Positions 39,456 through 52,365 of a stretch of DNA of 64,000 nt are shown here, one piece after another (the stretch's first letter is position 1; each line of letters opens with the position of its first letter). This DNA is from Octopus sinensis. Lineage: Eukaryota. The stretch lies in NCBI RefSeq assembly GCF_006345805.1, contig NC_043000.1:110546001-110610000 (forward strand), in the 5' to 3' direction. The translations under genes were made by a program, and so were the position numbers. The notes under the pieces were generated by a model. The model had not been told where the DNA came from and ran no database searches. It worked only from the letters and a program-made list of their open reading frames with translations.

Positions 39456-40627
39456 TTTGTATGTATGTATGTATGTATGTATGTATGTATGTATGTATGT
39501 ATGTATGTATGTATGTATGTATGTATGTTATGTATGTATGTATGTTATGTATGCGTGTATATGTAAGTATGCATGCATGTATGTATTTATGTATGTATGT
39601 ATGTATGTATGGCTGGCTGCTTTTACGACTGTATATATGTACGTGTGTAAGTACGTACGTACTAATGTATTTATGTATGTATATACGTATGTGTGTATGT
39701 GTGTGTGTATGTATGTGCATATGTGTCTATGTGTATATGTATGTATGCATGTATGTATGTATATATGTATGAATGTATGTATGTATGTATGTATGTATGT
39801 ATGTATGTATGTATGTGTGTGTGTGTGTATGTATGTATTTATGTATGTATGTATGTATGTATGTATGTATGTATGTATGTATGTATGTATGTATGTATGT
39901 GTGTATGTATGTTCTTTATGTATATTTAAGTAGAAGTAGATGCATTTGGAGGTGACTCTGATCTGTTATAAGTTGTTGTTTGATTGAAAAACATTTATCA
40001 GCGATTCCGGAAGACAAAAATAAAAAAGGAATTAAACAAAAGAAACAACAACTTTAGAATATAAATGGTTTTTTTGTGACCTTTGGAAGCAAATGAATGC
40101 GTTCTACATGGTTCGGTTCATCTTCCCTGATCTCTTTGTTGCATGAGAAAACGACGGCTACAAAATGGAGACAAATTATATCTAATGGCGAGGCCTTATT
40201 TGCTATTTATCACGAGACAACAATAGGAAATATATTGTCGCTTTGAGAAGGAGTAACAGAGAAATAAGTTAAATAGGAAATAATTAATTATTGCTTCGGG
40301 TTTTAGTTACGTTGGCATTTCTATAAGACCAAACCTTAAAACAACGCTAGGCCAACATTGTTAACGTGATGAGTAAGCTTCGAAAAGAATGGTTGGTTTT
40401 TCTGGATAAAGTGCATTTGGCATTGATTAGCTTCATGTGAAACCATAACAAATGAGGGAGGTTCTTTTGTATAGACGCAGGCGTGGATAATAGTGACGTA
40501 GGTACGGCAATGTGGTTGAGTAAGCTCGTTTTGCAATCACGCGGTTTCACGTTCATTCCTGTAGCGCGGCAACTTTGTGCAGTTCTCGTGTCCTATAGCT
40601 TCGGCCCGACCAATGCCTTGTGAGTGC

Positions 40628-40718
<91 letters not shown>

Positions 40719-40842
40719 TATGTATGTATGTATGTATGTATGTATGTATGTATGTATGTATGTATAAAGAGAGAGAGAGAGTAATGCAGATAAACACATT
40801 TAGGCTTGATACACGCACGCACACAAACACACACACACGCAC

Positions 40843-40889
<47 letters not shown>

Positions 40890-40901
40890 ATATATTATAT
40901 A

Positions 40902-40943
<42 letters not shown>

Positions 40944-41040
40944 GAATATATATATGTGTGTGTATATATGTGTATATTATATATATATCAACTGGGACCG
41001 TCCTCGTCGTAACCGACGGAGTGTTTATATATATATATAT

Positions 41041-41278
41041 AAACACTCCGTCGGTTACGACGAGGACGGTCCCAGCTGATACGATCAACGGAACAGCTTA
41101 CCGTTAACGTAGTTCTCAGGGAGATTCAGCGTAACACAGAGTGTGACACAGTTGGGCCTTTGAAAAAAAGGTACCACTCATTTTTGCCAGCTGAATGGAC
41201 TTAAGCAACATGAAATAAAGTGTCTTGCTCAAGGACACAACGCGTCGCCGGTAATTGAACTCACGACCTTACGCTCGT
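41041..41278 (-). mobile_element. CORE-type SINE (family D)
   Basis: Minus GTTGTGTCCTTGAGCAAGACACTT; tail shared with 42420-42586. Confidence 0.7.
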
Positions 41279-41373
41279 ATGTATGTATGTATGTATGTAT
41301 GTATGTATGTATGTATGTATGTATGTATGTATGTATGTATGTATGCAAGTATGTATGTATGTATGTATGTATG

Positions 41374-41404
<31 letters not shown>

Positions 41405-41421
41405 GTACGTACGTATGTATG

Positions 41422-41452
<31 letters not shown>

Positions 41453-41568
41453 GTACGTATGTATGTATGTATGTATGTATGTATGTTGTTGTATGTATGT
41501 ATGTATGTATGTATGTATGCAAGTATGTATGTATGTATATATACATATATATATATGTATGTATGTAT

Positions 41569-41632
<64 letters not shown>

Positions 41633-41845
41633 TATATATATATAATATATATATATATAAATACAAACACACACACACGTGTGTGTGTATCTCTATGAAA
41701 TGTATGTATGAATATATATGTACATACGTACGTATATATGTATGTATGTATGTATGTATGCATGCATGTATGAATGTGTGTATGTATATGTGAATGTATG
41801 CATATATGCGCAGCAATATGTGTACATGTATGTGTATGTTTGTGC

Positions 41846-41890
<45 letters not shown>

Positions 41891-42203
41891 TAAGTATTTA
41901 TTACTGCAGTTAAAATTTTATTACGAAACGCTGTTGACTGACATCTCGAGTACACACCCATGTCATTAATTAAGTACTCAATATACGCGGGTATACGCCA
42001 TAACATCACTTCTCAAATTCAAGTTCATTTCGAGATTCGATATACGCAAATAAACAAACAAACAAACAAATAAACAAATTTGCAAATAACATACGAGCTT
42101 CATTTATTTTTTGAAACGTTTCTTCCATTTCATTCTGCCTCGAATGGAACACAAACCCGCTGGAACGCGAACCCTGTTCACAGGCGATGCTGTATACCCC
42201 GAT

Positions 42204-42586
42204 GGAGGCGCAATGGCCCAGTGGTTAGGGCAGCGGACTCGCGGTCATAGGATCGCGGTTTCGATTCCCAGACCGGGCGTTGTGAGTGTTTATTGAGCGA
42301 AGACACCTAAAAGCTCCACGAGGCTCCGGCAGGGGATGGTGGTGATCCCTGCTGTACTCTTTCACCACAACTTTCTCTCACTCTTTCTTCCTGTTTCTGT
42401 TGTACCTGTATTTCAAGGGGCCGGCCTTGTCACTCTCTGTGTCACGCTGAATATCCCCGAGAACTACGTTAAGGGTGCACGTGTCTGTGGAGTGCTCAGC
42501 CACTTACACGTTAATTTCACGAGCAGGCTGTTCCGTTGATTCGGATCAACCGGAACCCTCATCGTCGTAACCGACGGAGTGCTTCC
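42204..42586 (+). mobile_element. Family-C SINE with TSD
   Basis: ATACCCCGAT on both flanks; box A/B intact. Confidence 0.8.
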
Positions 42587-42710
42587 ATACCCCGATATAG
42601 CGTCAGTTATTATACCCAGTCCGACAGCACACCGGTATCATTGTTTACAACAAATTTAATGAAAGCAAAGCCTGTGTAAACGTCCGGTTTTCTGGGTTGG
42701 CAAAGTATTC

Positions 42711-42942
42711 CTATTTATTTATTGCCCACAAGGGGCTAAACATAGAGGAGACAAACAAGGATAGACAGACGGATTAAGTCGATTATATCGATCCCAGTGC
42801 GTAACTGGTACTTAATTTATCGACCCCGAAAGGATGAAAGGCAAAATTGACCTGGGCGGAATTTGAACTCGGAACGTAGCGGCAGACGAAATACCGCTAA
42901 GCATTTCGCCCGGCGCGCTAACGTTGCTGCCAGCTCGCCGCC
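42711..42942 (-). mobile_element. Family-A SINE
   Basis: Full-length match to 12724-12953. Confidence 0.8.
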
Positions 42943-43699
42943 TTCCATCAGTCCAAAAGATGGCGCTATGTGCTAACTACAGTGTTTATAAATACTCAAA
43001 CGAGAATTTATCATCCATGAAAAACTGCAACGAAAAGCCTTTACAGGTCCGGATGTCTCTTAAATATATTCGAACTGGTTGTAAGTTTGCTTTCAGTGGC
43101 TGCTTTGCGCTTCTACTTACGAATTTTTAGTGAATTTTGTAAATCTATATAAATATGTATGGCGGATGTCAAAGAGAATGCTAACATTTCAGGTTAAACT
43201 ATTCATATGAGAAAAGAAATTGGTCCGAAACGTCAGCATTTTCTTCTCTTTACAGCAGACAAACGTATCTGAATTTCCGAGCTCCTTCATATTGTTAACT
43301 ACGAAAAATTTATAGGCATTCGGTTTAAGAGACCGATAAATAATCAACTGACAAAAATGAAAATTAAATAAATTGTACCATTTTGTCTAATCTACTAGTT
43401 ATAGGTAGTTAGGTGTATAATATCAACAATAAGTATGGCTCGCTTTAAAAGCAGTCTGCTTCATTCTATGATTGAATGGGAAAGTTGATTCAGGGCAAAT
43501 TAGACAAGCTGCTGATGGTACACACACAAATACACGCTTCATTGTTATAAACGAAATTATATTTCGCCCTTTTTGTTGTTCAAGGGAACTACTGATTCTA
43601 TAATGAATCCCCAACCAACTGTCACGTGGTCTCCTCTGTGACCCTATCGACTTGCTAGACATAGTAGTCGCATTAGTTTTAGTTCTGTCAGGAATCTTA

Positions 43700-43955
43700 A
43701 GACACATAGGGCTGCAGTTTCACCCGGTTTCCATGGCATATAAATGACAACACTACCGTGGCCTGAACGGGACGCTAGTCCATCGCAGTGTTAACTTCCC
43801 TGCTATTGTTGGAATTCATTTGAAGCTGACTGAACTGGAGAAACATAAAAGGAAATGTTTTGCTGAAGAGCACAACAAATCGCCCGGTCCGGGAATCGAA
43901 ACTACACTCTTACGATCGTGAGTGTAACACCTTAACCATTAGGCTACGCGTCTTC
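43700..43955 (-). mobile_element. Older CORE-type tRNA SINE
   Basis: Minus TAGCCTAATGG...TTTCGATTCCC...GTTGTGCTCTTCAGCAAAACATT. Confidence 0.55.
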
Positions 43956-44784
43956 ATTTTAGTCGCATTACATCGTCTTAAAAGATAGTCCTACACATAC
44001 TTAGAGAAAGAAAAAAACGAAGGGACGAGATGGTGACGGCTGAAATGCTTTTGGTTATAAACCTGATCGACCAACTCGGCCTAAACAATATCAATTTCTT
44101 TACTACCCACAAGGGAATAAACACAGAGAGGACAAACAAGGACAGACAAACGGATTAAGTCGATTATATCGACCCCAGTGCGTAGCTGGTACCTAAACAA
44201 TACCAACAACAACAGTGAACACTTGTGTATATGTTGTTAGTGGGAGGACTGTCAGAAGGAGATATTTCAGCTAGAATTATCGATACAAACGATGCAAACG
44301 AGCAAAATGGTTTGTATGGCTTTGTGACCCCAAACAAGAGCTGTTCAATGAAACTCTAAAGGAGGAGGATATCCTGTCAACAGATGCAATACAAATAAGA
44401 ATAAAATATGTTTGCAATTATAAAGTTTAAAGTGGAAGGAAGAGCTTTAGGAAGGAATGAAAAATCGTGTTTCCTGTCTACTTGGAACTGGATTCTGATG
44501 AATTCTGTCACATTGATGGTATTCATTCCATGATATGTGACATTCGAGGTTTGACCTAGATTTTTTCGGGGACAAATAGTTTCTAGGGGTCACATGTGAA
44601 CGAGTCGATATAATTAATAGAAAACTATCATTTGGCATTGATCTGTATTGGTGTATCGATATCCAATAAAATAACGGGCGCTGCGTTATAATACGCTTAA
44701 TGTAATAAGCGAGGAAAATTTAATTAGAATTAATTAAATTTACATCAAAAATGAAAAATTTCAGTCATGCCAGTTCTTGTAGCT

Positions 44785-45088
44785 TTACGTTCTGAGTTCA
44801 ACTTCACCTTCTATCCTTTCGGGTTCGATAAAATAAGTTCCAGGTGAGCATTGGTACTTATTCCCCAAACTAATTTTTTAAAGTCTGGTATTTATTCTAT
44901 CGGTTCTTTTGCCGAGCCACTAAGTTATGGGAACGTAAACAAGCCACGTTTCTCTCTACTAAATTCACTCACAAAGTATTAGTCGACCCGGAGCTATAGT
45001 AGAAGACACTTGCCGAAGGTGCCGCGCAGTGGGACCGAACTCTAAACCATGTGGTTGGAAATAGAGTTTCCTAACCATACAGCTATGT
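44785..45088. mobile_element. Family-A fragment (+) joined to a family-B SINE (-)
   Basis: Partial matches to both families. Confidence 0.55.
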
Positions 45089-46946
45089 CTGCTGACAAAA
45101 CCTCCTTATTTTGAGTCAGTTTCGCTCCTTGAGTAGACATAAATGTCTTGACTCGGAGACAACAATCAAATTGCAAACAGAGTGTTTGAAAAGAGAAGCA
45201 TGTCTCTAGCTCCACTACAGACACTCTACAATCCGTTCCCAAAACTGGTGTATTTGTAATGATACATTTCCAAAGTATCATATAATATCCAAAATATTTC
45301 ACTACAATCGAATCGTTTCCTGATTACGCATTCCAAAGTGTATTTTCGCATTCAAATCATTTCAAAATGCATTATTAAACACACGAAAGCACATTATTAC
45401 AAATATACAGAATTACAAACCGGTTTCATTTCATATAGGAGATATATTCATTGCAATGTAGGTGTGTAATGAATGACTAGCTACTCGTGCTCATTTAATA
45501 TATCGTATGTCTACTGAAAGTAGCCTAATTTTAGACTCACTAAGTAACAAAGGAAGCAATATATACTTTTGTAGACCCAAATTACGCGAGGGTGTCAATT
45601 TTGTATTTCAACTATTCATATATATATATATGGAAACATATTTTTTAAAATAAATATTGATAAATGAATAAAAATAGGCGTCAAAAGTCTGGCCTTGCGC
45701 CAAAATTTGATGTCAATACTTAGTTCATGATTAAAATTTATTTTATATTTTACAATAAAAAAGATTTTTTCGTTGATTCTTTGTTGGTCTATCATATTTT
45801 TTGGACATTGATATAATAAGAAAAGTTCAGTTTGGTTTCTGAGTTCCAACACATCTCTCTAAATGTTTATCGAGTTGAATTTTTCTAATTTTCGGATCAC
45901 ATTGTTCTTCTTTCCTCAAACATAGTCCCAGCAGAATTTTATTGATTCATTGTGACGATCCCTAAGTATAATGTAAAACCTAGGTAAAAGGGTTGAAATA
46001 AGAACAATGCGAAAACAACACAGCATGGCCTGAAGATATCCAATCTGATTCGCTTGTTTCGGTGTCGAATCCACCATCTTGGAAAGAATAAGAAGAAATA
46101 AAGAAAATTAATTAAAAGATAAATATAATCTACAGAACGACATAAGTAAGATACACTGGTATCAAACAGTGCTCCCACCACCCACACTTGCTTCTGTAGT
46201 TTACGTCATATTGTAGTCATGAAGAATAACCCAATGATAAGTGGAGGTTTAAAGAGAAATCTAGTATTTACATTTCCATCTGATAGAAATGTATGAATGT
46301 GAAAATGTAAAGAAAGACGGATGTTGTTATTGAAGGATTAATTTATGTTGCAACGCAAATTAATTTGTTCTTAATAAGATTAGTATCATTTTATAATAAG
46401 ATAAGGTCTGAACATCTGGAAATATTTGGAATCTGCTGAAAGACGGAATCAAGTACGTCGAAGGAATGTAAAACACAATATGAATGAAAGATAGGAATAA
46501 AAAAAAAGTTTAAAATGCTTCGAGAAAAAAAAAAAAAAGAAACAGACGAAGCTTAATTTGAATAAGATTCGTCAGTCATGAATTAACTTGTAAAGCAATA
46601 AACAGAAAACTGAAGCGAGGAATACGAGGAGTGTTGATGGAAGAGTGAGAAATGAGATTCTGGCAGAGACAGGTAAATGGAATGAACGAAATAGGTAGAA
46701 GTGCTGCCAGTGTTATGCTAGTTATCCTTGGAAATAAACATTTAATCGTTGAGTCATTCGGGGGGAGGCGAGCGGCTGACTGAAGCAATCGTCTTAAGAA
46801 TATAACGATTTTCCTGCAAACTTCACCTGATATTTCTAACCGGGAGGGGGGGGGGGGCTTTGCGCTAATAAGGTGGGGGTAGGGCGGGGCGTTTGTGCGA
46901 TCGCTCGACCTGTTCGGGGGAACATCAATGGCGCCTTCGGCCATTC

Positions 46947-47006
46947 GAGTCTGACGAGTTGCTTACGCTGCTAAGCTCTTTGTAGGTACGAAACCCATGG
47001 TCACTC
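46947..47006 (+). ncRNA. Canonical type I hammerhead ribozyme
   Basis: GAGT-CTGACGA-GT(T)GCTTAC loop GTAGGTAC-GAAA-CCCATGG-TC-ACTC; GUC triplet, predicted cut after 47002. Confidence 0.8.
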
Positions 47007-47400
47007 TATGACCAGCCATCATACTTCGAACTTCCTATCAAGATACATTACTGCTCTGATGCTTTAGAGTGTGTTTCTTTTTGGGATTAGAACATCTAAG
47101 GATACATACGTACGTACATACATGCATACCTACATACATACATATATACATACATACACACATATATACATACATACAAACATAGGTACATACATACGTA
47201 CATACATATATACACACGTACATACATACATACATACGTACATACATACACACATATATACATACATACAAACATAGGTACATACATACGTACATACATA
47301 TATACACACGTACATACATACATATGTACATACATACACACATATATACATACGTACATACATATGTACATACGTACATACATACAAACATAGGTACATA

Positions 47401-47978
47401 CACTGCAATGTACCAGCGAAGACCTCAATAAAATATAAGCACAGTAAGCCTGATATGATGATTTGGGATGGAGAAGAGAAACTGTGCGCAGTTGTGGAAG
47501 TTAGCTGCCCGGCGGATGTCAACATAAAGCTGAAGGTCAATGAAAAAGAGAACACCTATGCTGAACTATTAAGAAATCTGCGCTTACTCTTGCCAGATTA
47601 CAAGTTCAGGTTTATACCAGTAATTATTGGGGCCCTGGGATATGTAACACACTGCCTAAATACCAATCTTGAGAAATTAGGCTTATTAAAACCAGAAAGG
47701 AGAAAGCTAATTCGAAGACTATAGATTCAATCCATCACTGGAACTGTAAAAATCTGTAAAACTTTCCAGAAGTTTATCCTTTAAATATATATGAGCTTGT
47801 CTAGATATGTAGCTATATGCATGAGAATACATACATACAACAAAACATACAAATCTACATACATACATACAAAAATACCCTGTTGCTGATGTTGAAATTC
47901 CAATGAGGGAACCTTGGATCTAGGTTAGAAACCGGTTCTTTCTCTATTGGTAAGAAAGCTTGAAATAAACTGAATAAT
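47401..47978 (+). mobile_element. 5'-truncated R4/Dong-like retrotransposon (restriction-like endonuclease domain plus 3' UTR) within (TACA)n
   Basis: KHSKPDMMIWDGEEKLCAVVEVSCPADVNIKLKVNEKENTYAEL...IPVIIGALG; TACA repeats on both flanks. Confidence 0.8.
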
Positions 47979-48437
47979 GACATACATACATACATACATA
48001 CATACATACATACATACATACATACGTACATACGTACATACGTACGTACGTACGTACATACATACATACATACATACATACATACATACATACATACATA
48101 CATACATACGAGACATACATATAGATGGGGTATATTTTAAATTGCATTACTATGTGTTTATTAGATATAAACACTTAATCCTAGATAAAATAATTTTAAA
48201 AAATGATAATCGCTGTTGTGATCAAATGTTCGATTCGTTCCTCGCCTGAACAATTCATCGATTTCGGTTAAAACAAATATTTGCATTCAAAGAACGAACG
48301 AAAAGCAACGAAACTATTTAACAACGATAATATTTCATTGCAGAATATTTGTATGTTAGTTATGAGGCTAACATCTTGAAGACGAAATTGAAACCCTTGG
48401 CCAGAAACATATGAGAAAAAAAATCCTAACATACTTT

Positions 48438-48481
<44 letters not shown>

Positions 48482-48500
48482 GACACACACACACACACAC

Positions 48501-48561
<61 letters not shown>

Positions 48562-48799
48562 ACACACGCTCGTGTATTTGTTTGTATGCGCGTTTGTGTT
48601 TGTTTAATAACACGGTGAACTTGCCGAGTATTTCAGCTATTTTGTTGTTTTTTTCCCCCCTGCTCGGCTGAGCTCGTGCTGTGTGCTTTTAATCCGTTAT
48701 AAAAGTGCTCGTGGATTTAACGTGTCTCAATAAAGCAACACGTGTATTTAGTATCAGGATCGGTAGGGAAAGACATTTCACTATATATAATCAAACAGA

Positions 48800-48983
48800 A
48801 CGACCTTCCCCCTCCCCCCTCTCTCTCCCCCTGTGTCTCCCCCTTCTGTCTCTCTCTATCACCCTTCTCTCTCTGTGTCTGTCTCTCTCTCTTTCAAGCA
48901 AAACGACCTTCTCTCTATCTCTTTCTCCCTGTATCTCTCCCTTCTGTCTGTCTGTCTGTCTATCTGTCTGTCTGTCTGTCTGT

Positions 48984-49015
<32 letters not shown>

Positions 49016-49335
49016 CCTGTCTCTCTCCCTTCTGTTTGTCTGTCTGTCTGTCTGTCTCTCTCGCTCTCCCTGTGTCTCTCCCTTCCGATTCTGTCTGCCT
49101 GTCTGTCTGTCTCTCTCTCTGTCAAGCAAAACGACCTTCTCTCTCTCTCTCTCTCTTTCTCTCCCTGTATCTCTCCATTCTGTCTCTCTGTCTCTGTCTG
49201 TCTCTCAGTCTGTATCTTTCTGTCTCTCTCTAATCTGTCTCTCTATCAAACAGAACGACTTTTCCTCTCACTGTGTCTATCTGTCTGCTTGTCTGTCTGT
49301 GTCTCCCCCTCCTCCTCTCCCCTCCCCCTCTCTCA
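48800..49335. repeat. CT/CTGT-rich polypyrimidine tract with internal duplications
   Basis: CAAGCAAAACGACCTTCTCTCT repeated. Confidence 0.8.
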
Positions 49336-49582
49336 GCCAAGCTGGCTGAGTGAACGAAAGTCTTATGTCGGCTTTGTACAACATACTTGCATTCTAAATT
49401 GTTCAAATTCTTTTCCTCCTCTCAGCTTTCTCCATCCCACCTTACCCACCGTCGCCCCGTCACACCGTTCTCTCTATTTACACGTGTATATACACTTGAG
49501 AGATATCAGTAACCTACACTTATACACACTCATGCACACACCTATGTCCCGACACATATTTTACCACAAACACACACACACA

Positions 49583-49623
<41 letters not shown>

Positions 49624-49624
49624 C

Positions 49625-49658
<34 letters not shown>

Positions 49659-49733
49659 GATACACCACACATACATACATACATGTATGTATGTATGTAC
49701 GTATGTATGTATGTATGTATGTATGTATGTATG

Positions 49734-49766
<33 letters not shown>

Positions 49767-49826
49767 TAACTGAATGAGATAAAAATCCAAGAATGTGAAA
49801 GATTTCAGAACATTTATTAAGAGAAG

Positions 49827-49874
49827 GTCTTACAGCTGTTTCCGGGATATTTTATATATCCCTTCATCAGAGAC
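49827..49874 (-). ncRNA. Type I hammerhead motif in a Penelope-like fragment (~49765-50130)
   Basis: Minus: GTCT-CTGATGA-A-GGGATAT ataaa ATATCCC-G-GAAA-CAGCTG-TA-AGAC. Confidence 0.7.
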
Positions 49875-50139
49875 GGTGCGAGAAAATAGTTAAGCAATAG
49901 TTATTCTAGAGAAGATATGAAATAGAGAGTGAAGAGGAGGAATGAAAATAGACGCGAAATATGCAGGGGTATTGTATCTGCAGTTCCATTATTTAAGCAG
50001 ATTGGTATACATATATGTTTCCTGTAAAAAGTTCCAATAGTATTTAAAATTGGTCATTTTAAGCATAGAGTTTGTAAACCGTGTTATTGGATCGAGGGTT
50101 TTTTGAAATCTAAAATACCCTCGATCCAAGTCACTATAT

Positions 50140-50320
50140 TCAAGATTACAAGTTCAGGTTTATACCTGTAATTATTGGGGCATTGGGATATGTAACACAC
50201 TACCTAAATACTCATCTTGAGAAACCAGAAAGGAGAAGACTACAGATCCAAGCCATTGCTGGAACTATACAAATCTGTAAAACTTTTCAGAAGTTTATCA
50301 TTTAAGTATATATGAGCATG

Positions 50321-50322
<2 letters not shown>
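50140..50322 (+). mobile_element. R4/Dong-like 3' fragment
   Basis: DYKFRFIPVIIGALGYVTH, close to 47590-47800. Confidence 0.75.
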
Positions 50323-50364
<42 letters not shown>

Positions 50365-50378
50365 CTACTCTCTATATA

Positions 50379-50436
<58 letters not shown>

Positions 50437-50464
50437 CATACATACCTACATACATGCACACATA

Positions 50465-50730
50465 CATGGCTATGAAACAGTGCTGTTTGACCCGGAACAT
50501 TAACAAACACGTGCAAAATGTTATCAACATGCCGCAGAATTTGGTTCGTTGGAAGAATACTGAAGATGCCCTGTGAATAACAAGAGTGACAAACATTGAT
50601 GCTCTGAGATGAATAGAGGCCACCAAAAGGTTTCTCAACAACATAAGGAGACATTTGGATCGCTTTACTGGACAACATATTAAGAGGAAAAGGCTTGAGC
50701 ATATTGGTAGGAAGAGGGAAACTGAAAGAA
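50465..50730 (+). mobile_element. Degenerate RTE-clade ORF C-terminal fragment
   Basis: GYET...RILKMP..TRVTNIDALR.IEATKRFLNNIRR. Confidence 0.5.
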
Positions 50731-51619
50731 GCTGTGGAAGACAAAGAGTCAGTGAGAGAGAGAGAGGGGACGATAGAGAAAGGGAGACAATATAAGTTGA
50801 CCATGCCAGGCTGGTTCAAAAATGTGGTGTGTATGGGAGAGGAGGGTCCGGAGGTGCATTACACGCACGCATTTTCTTGTAAGCGCTCTGAAAAAGGAAT
50901 ACCACCTCTCTTTCATATCATATTTGGAAACTGAAAGACAGCAGTAACACAAACTCGAGGATATTAGGGTCAGCTAGTTGAATTCCTTAAACCATATACT
51001 CAATTGTCTACATTGTGCTGTATGCGCATCTGTGAAAAACATTTTCATTATGACGTTTTCCTCTCAATATGTTGAATTTTAAAAGTGAACTTAATTCGTA
51101 ATGTCATCGCCAAAAGTAATTTCTTTCCTCACGAATCGTAATGCCGAGGCGTTCACAAATGAAGCTCTCTCTGAGTACACGAAGGCTGTATCATCACCAC
51201 TCATCTTCTTTTAGATTGTTATCTAACATGATGTCACCTCTGACAATGCTCATTCTATGCACATAATACTATCCTGTCTAATCCTGGTAAAGCCTCCCAC
51301 AGTCAGGCGTTATCTTAGTTATATTTTATCTCAGACACTCCACATCAAATCCACTTCATCGCTCGTGAAGGAAACCTAGGACGCATTCTACAATGGTGAC
51401 ATAACAATCGCTGCTCCTTCGACAATACAAAGGCATTCATACAGTGGGGTGGATAGCGTGCGTGTCCTCATCAAACCGATGATGGCTTAGATGGCCGAAA
51501 CTTCGAAATCACTCTCAGTACTATACTTGTTAAAGAATAATAAATTTGTACTCAACCAAATGTATTGAGTACTCCTTAAATTTAATGTAAAATTGTCTTT
51601 ATTATACCATAAAAGCAAA

Positions 51620-51782
51620 CAGGAGCAGAAGTGGCTGTGTGGTAAGAACTTGCTTCTCAACCACATGGTTCTGGGTTCAGTTCCACTGTGTGGCACATTG
51701 GGCAGGTATCTTCTACTATAGCCTCAGGCTGACCAAAGCCTTGTGAGTAGATTTTGTAGACGGAAACTGAAAGAAGCGCGTC

Positions 51783-51816
<34 letters not shown>

Positions 51817-52010
51817 TGTTACTTGTTTCGGCATGTGACTGCGGCCATGCTGGAACACCGCCTTAGTCGAGCAAATCGACCCCAGGACTTATTCTTGTAA
51901 GCCAGTCTACGATTCTATCTGTCTCTTTAGCGAACAGCTAAGTTCCGTACCGTACAAACACACCCCGCTCGATTGTCAAGCGATGTTGGAGGGGACAAAC
52001 CAGAGACACA
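51620..52010. mobile_element. Family-B SINE head (+) and inverted tail (-) around (TA)n
   Basis: Head at 51620-51785, tail at 51815-52010. Confidence 0.7.
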
Positions 52011-52119
52011 CAGGATATGTAATACATACATAAATTACATACATACATACATACAACACCACACACACATATACTAAAAGTATAATAGCAATGTATACAC
52101 CCCCATACATATATATATA

Positions 52120-52157
<38 letters not shown>

Positions 52158-52331
52158 CATTATTATATATATATAATACATATACATATACAAACATATA
52201 TATATATATATATATATATGTTTTCCACCTGCCTTCTCTTTTGTCTATTTTCATAAAGCTTCCCGTGATATATATATATATATATTATATATATATTATA
52301 TATATATTATATGTATATATATATGTATGTA

Positions 52332-52365
<34 letters not shown>

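Noticed and set aside
42204-42280. tRNA-like sequences (also at 420, 7861 and 57830)
   Set aside because: No proper acceptor stem; they continue into SINE bodies, some with TSDs
46576-46944. 122-aa minus-strand ORF
   Set aside because: No recognisable domain or splice support
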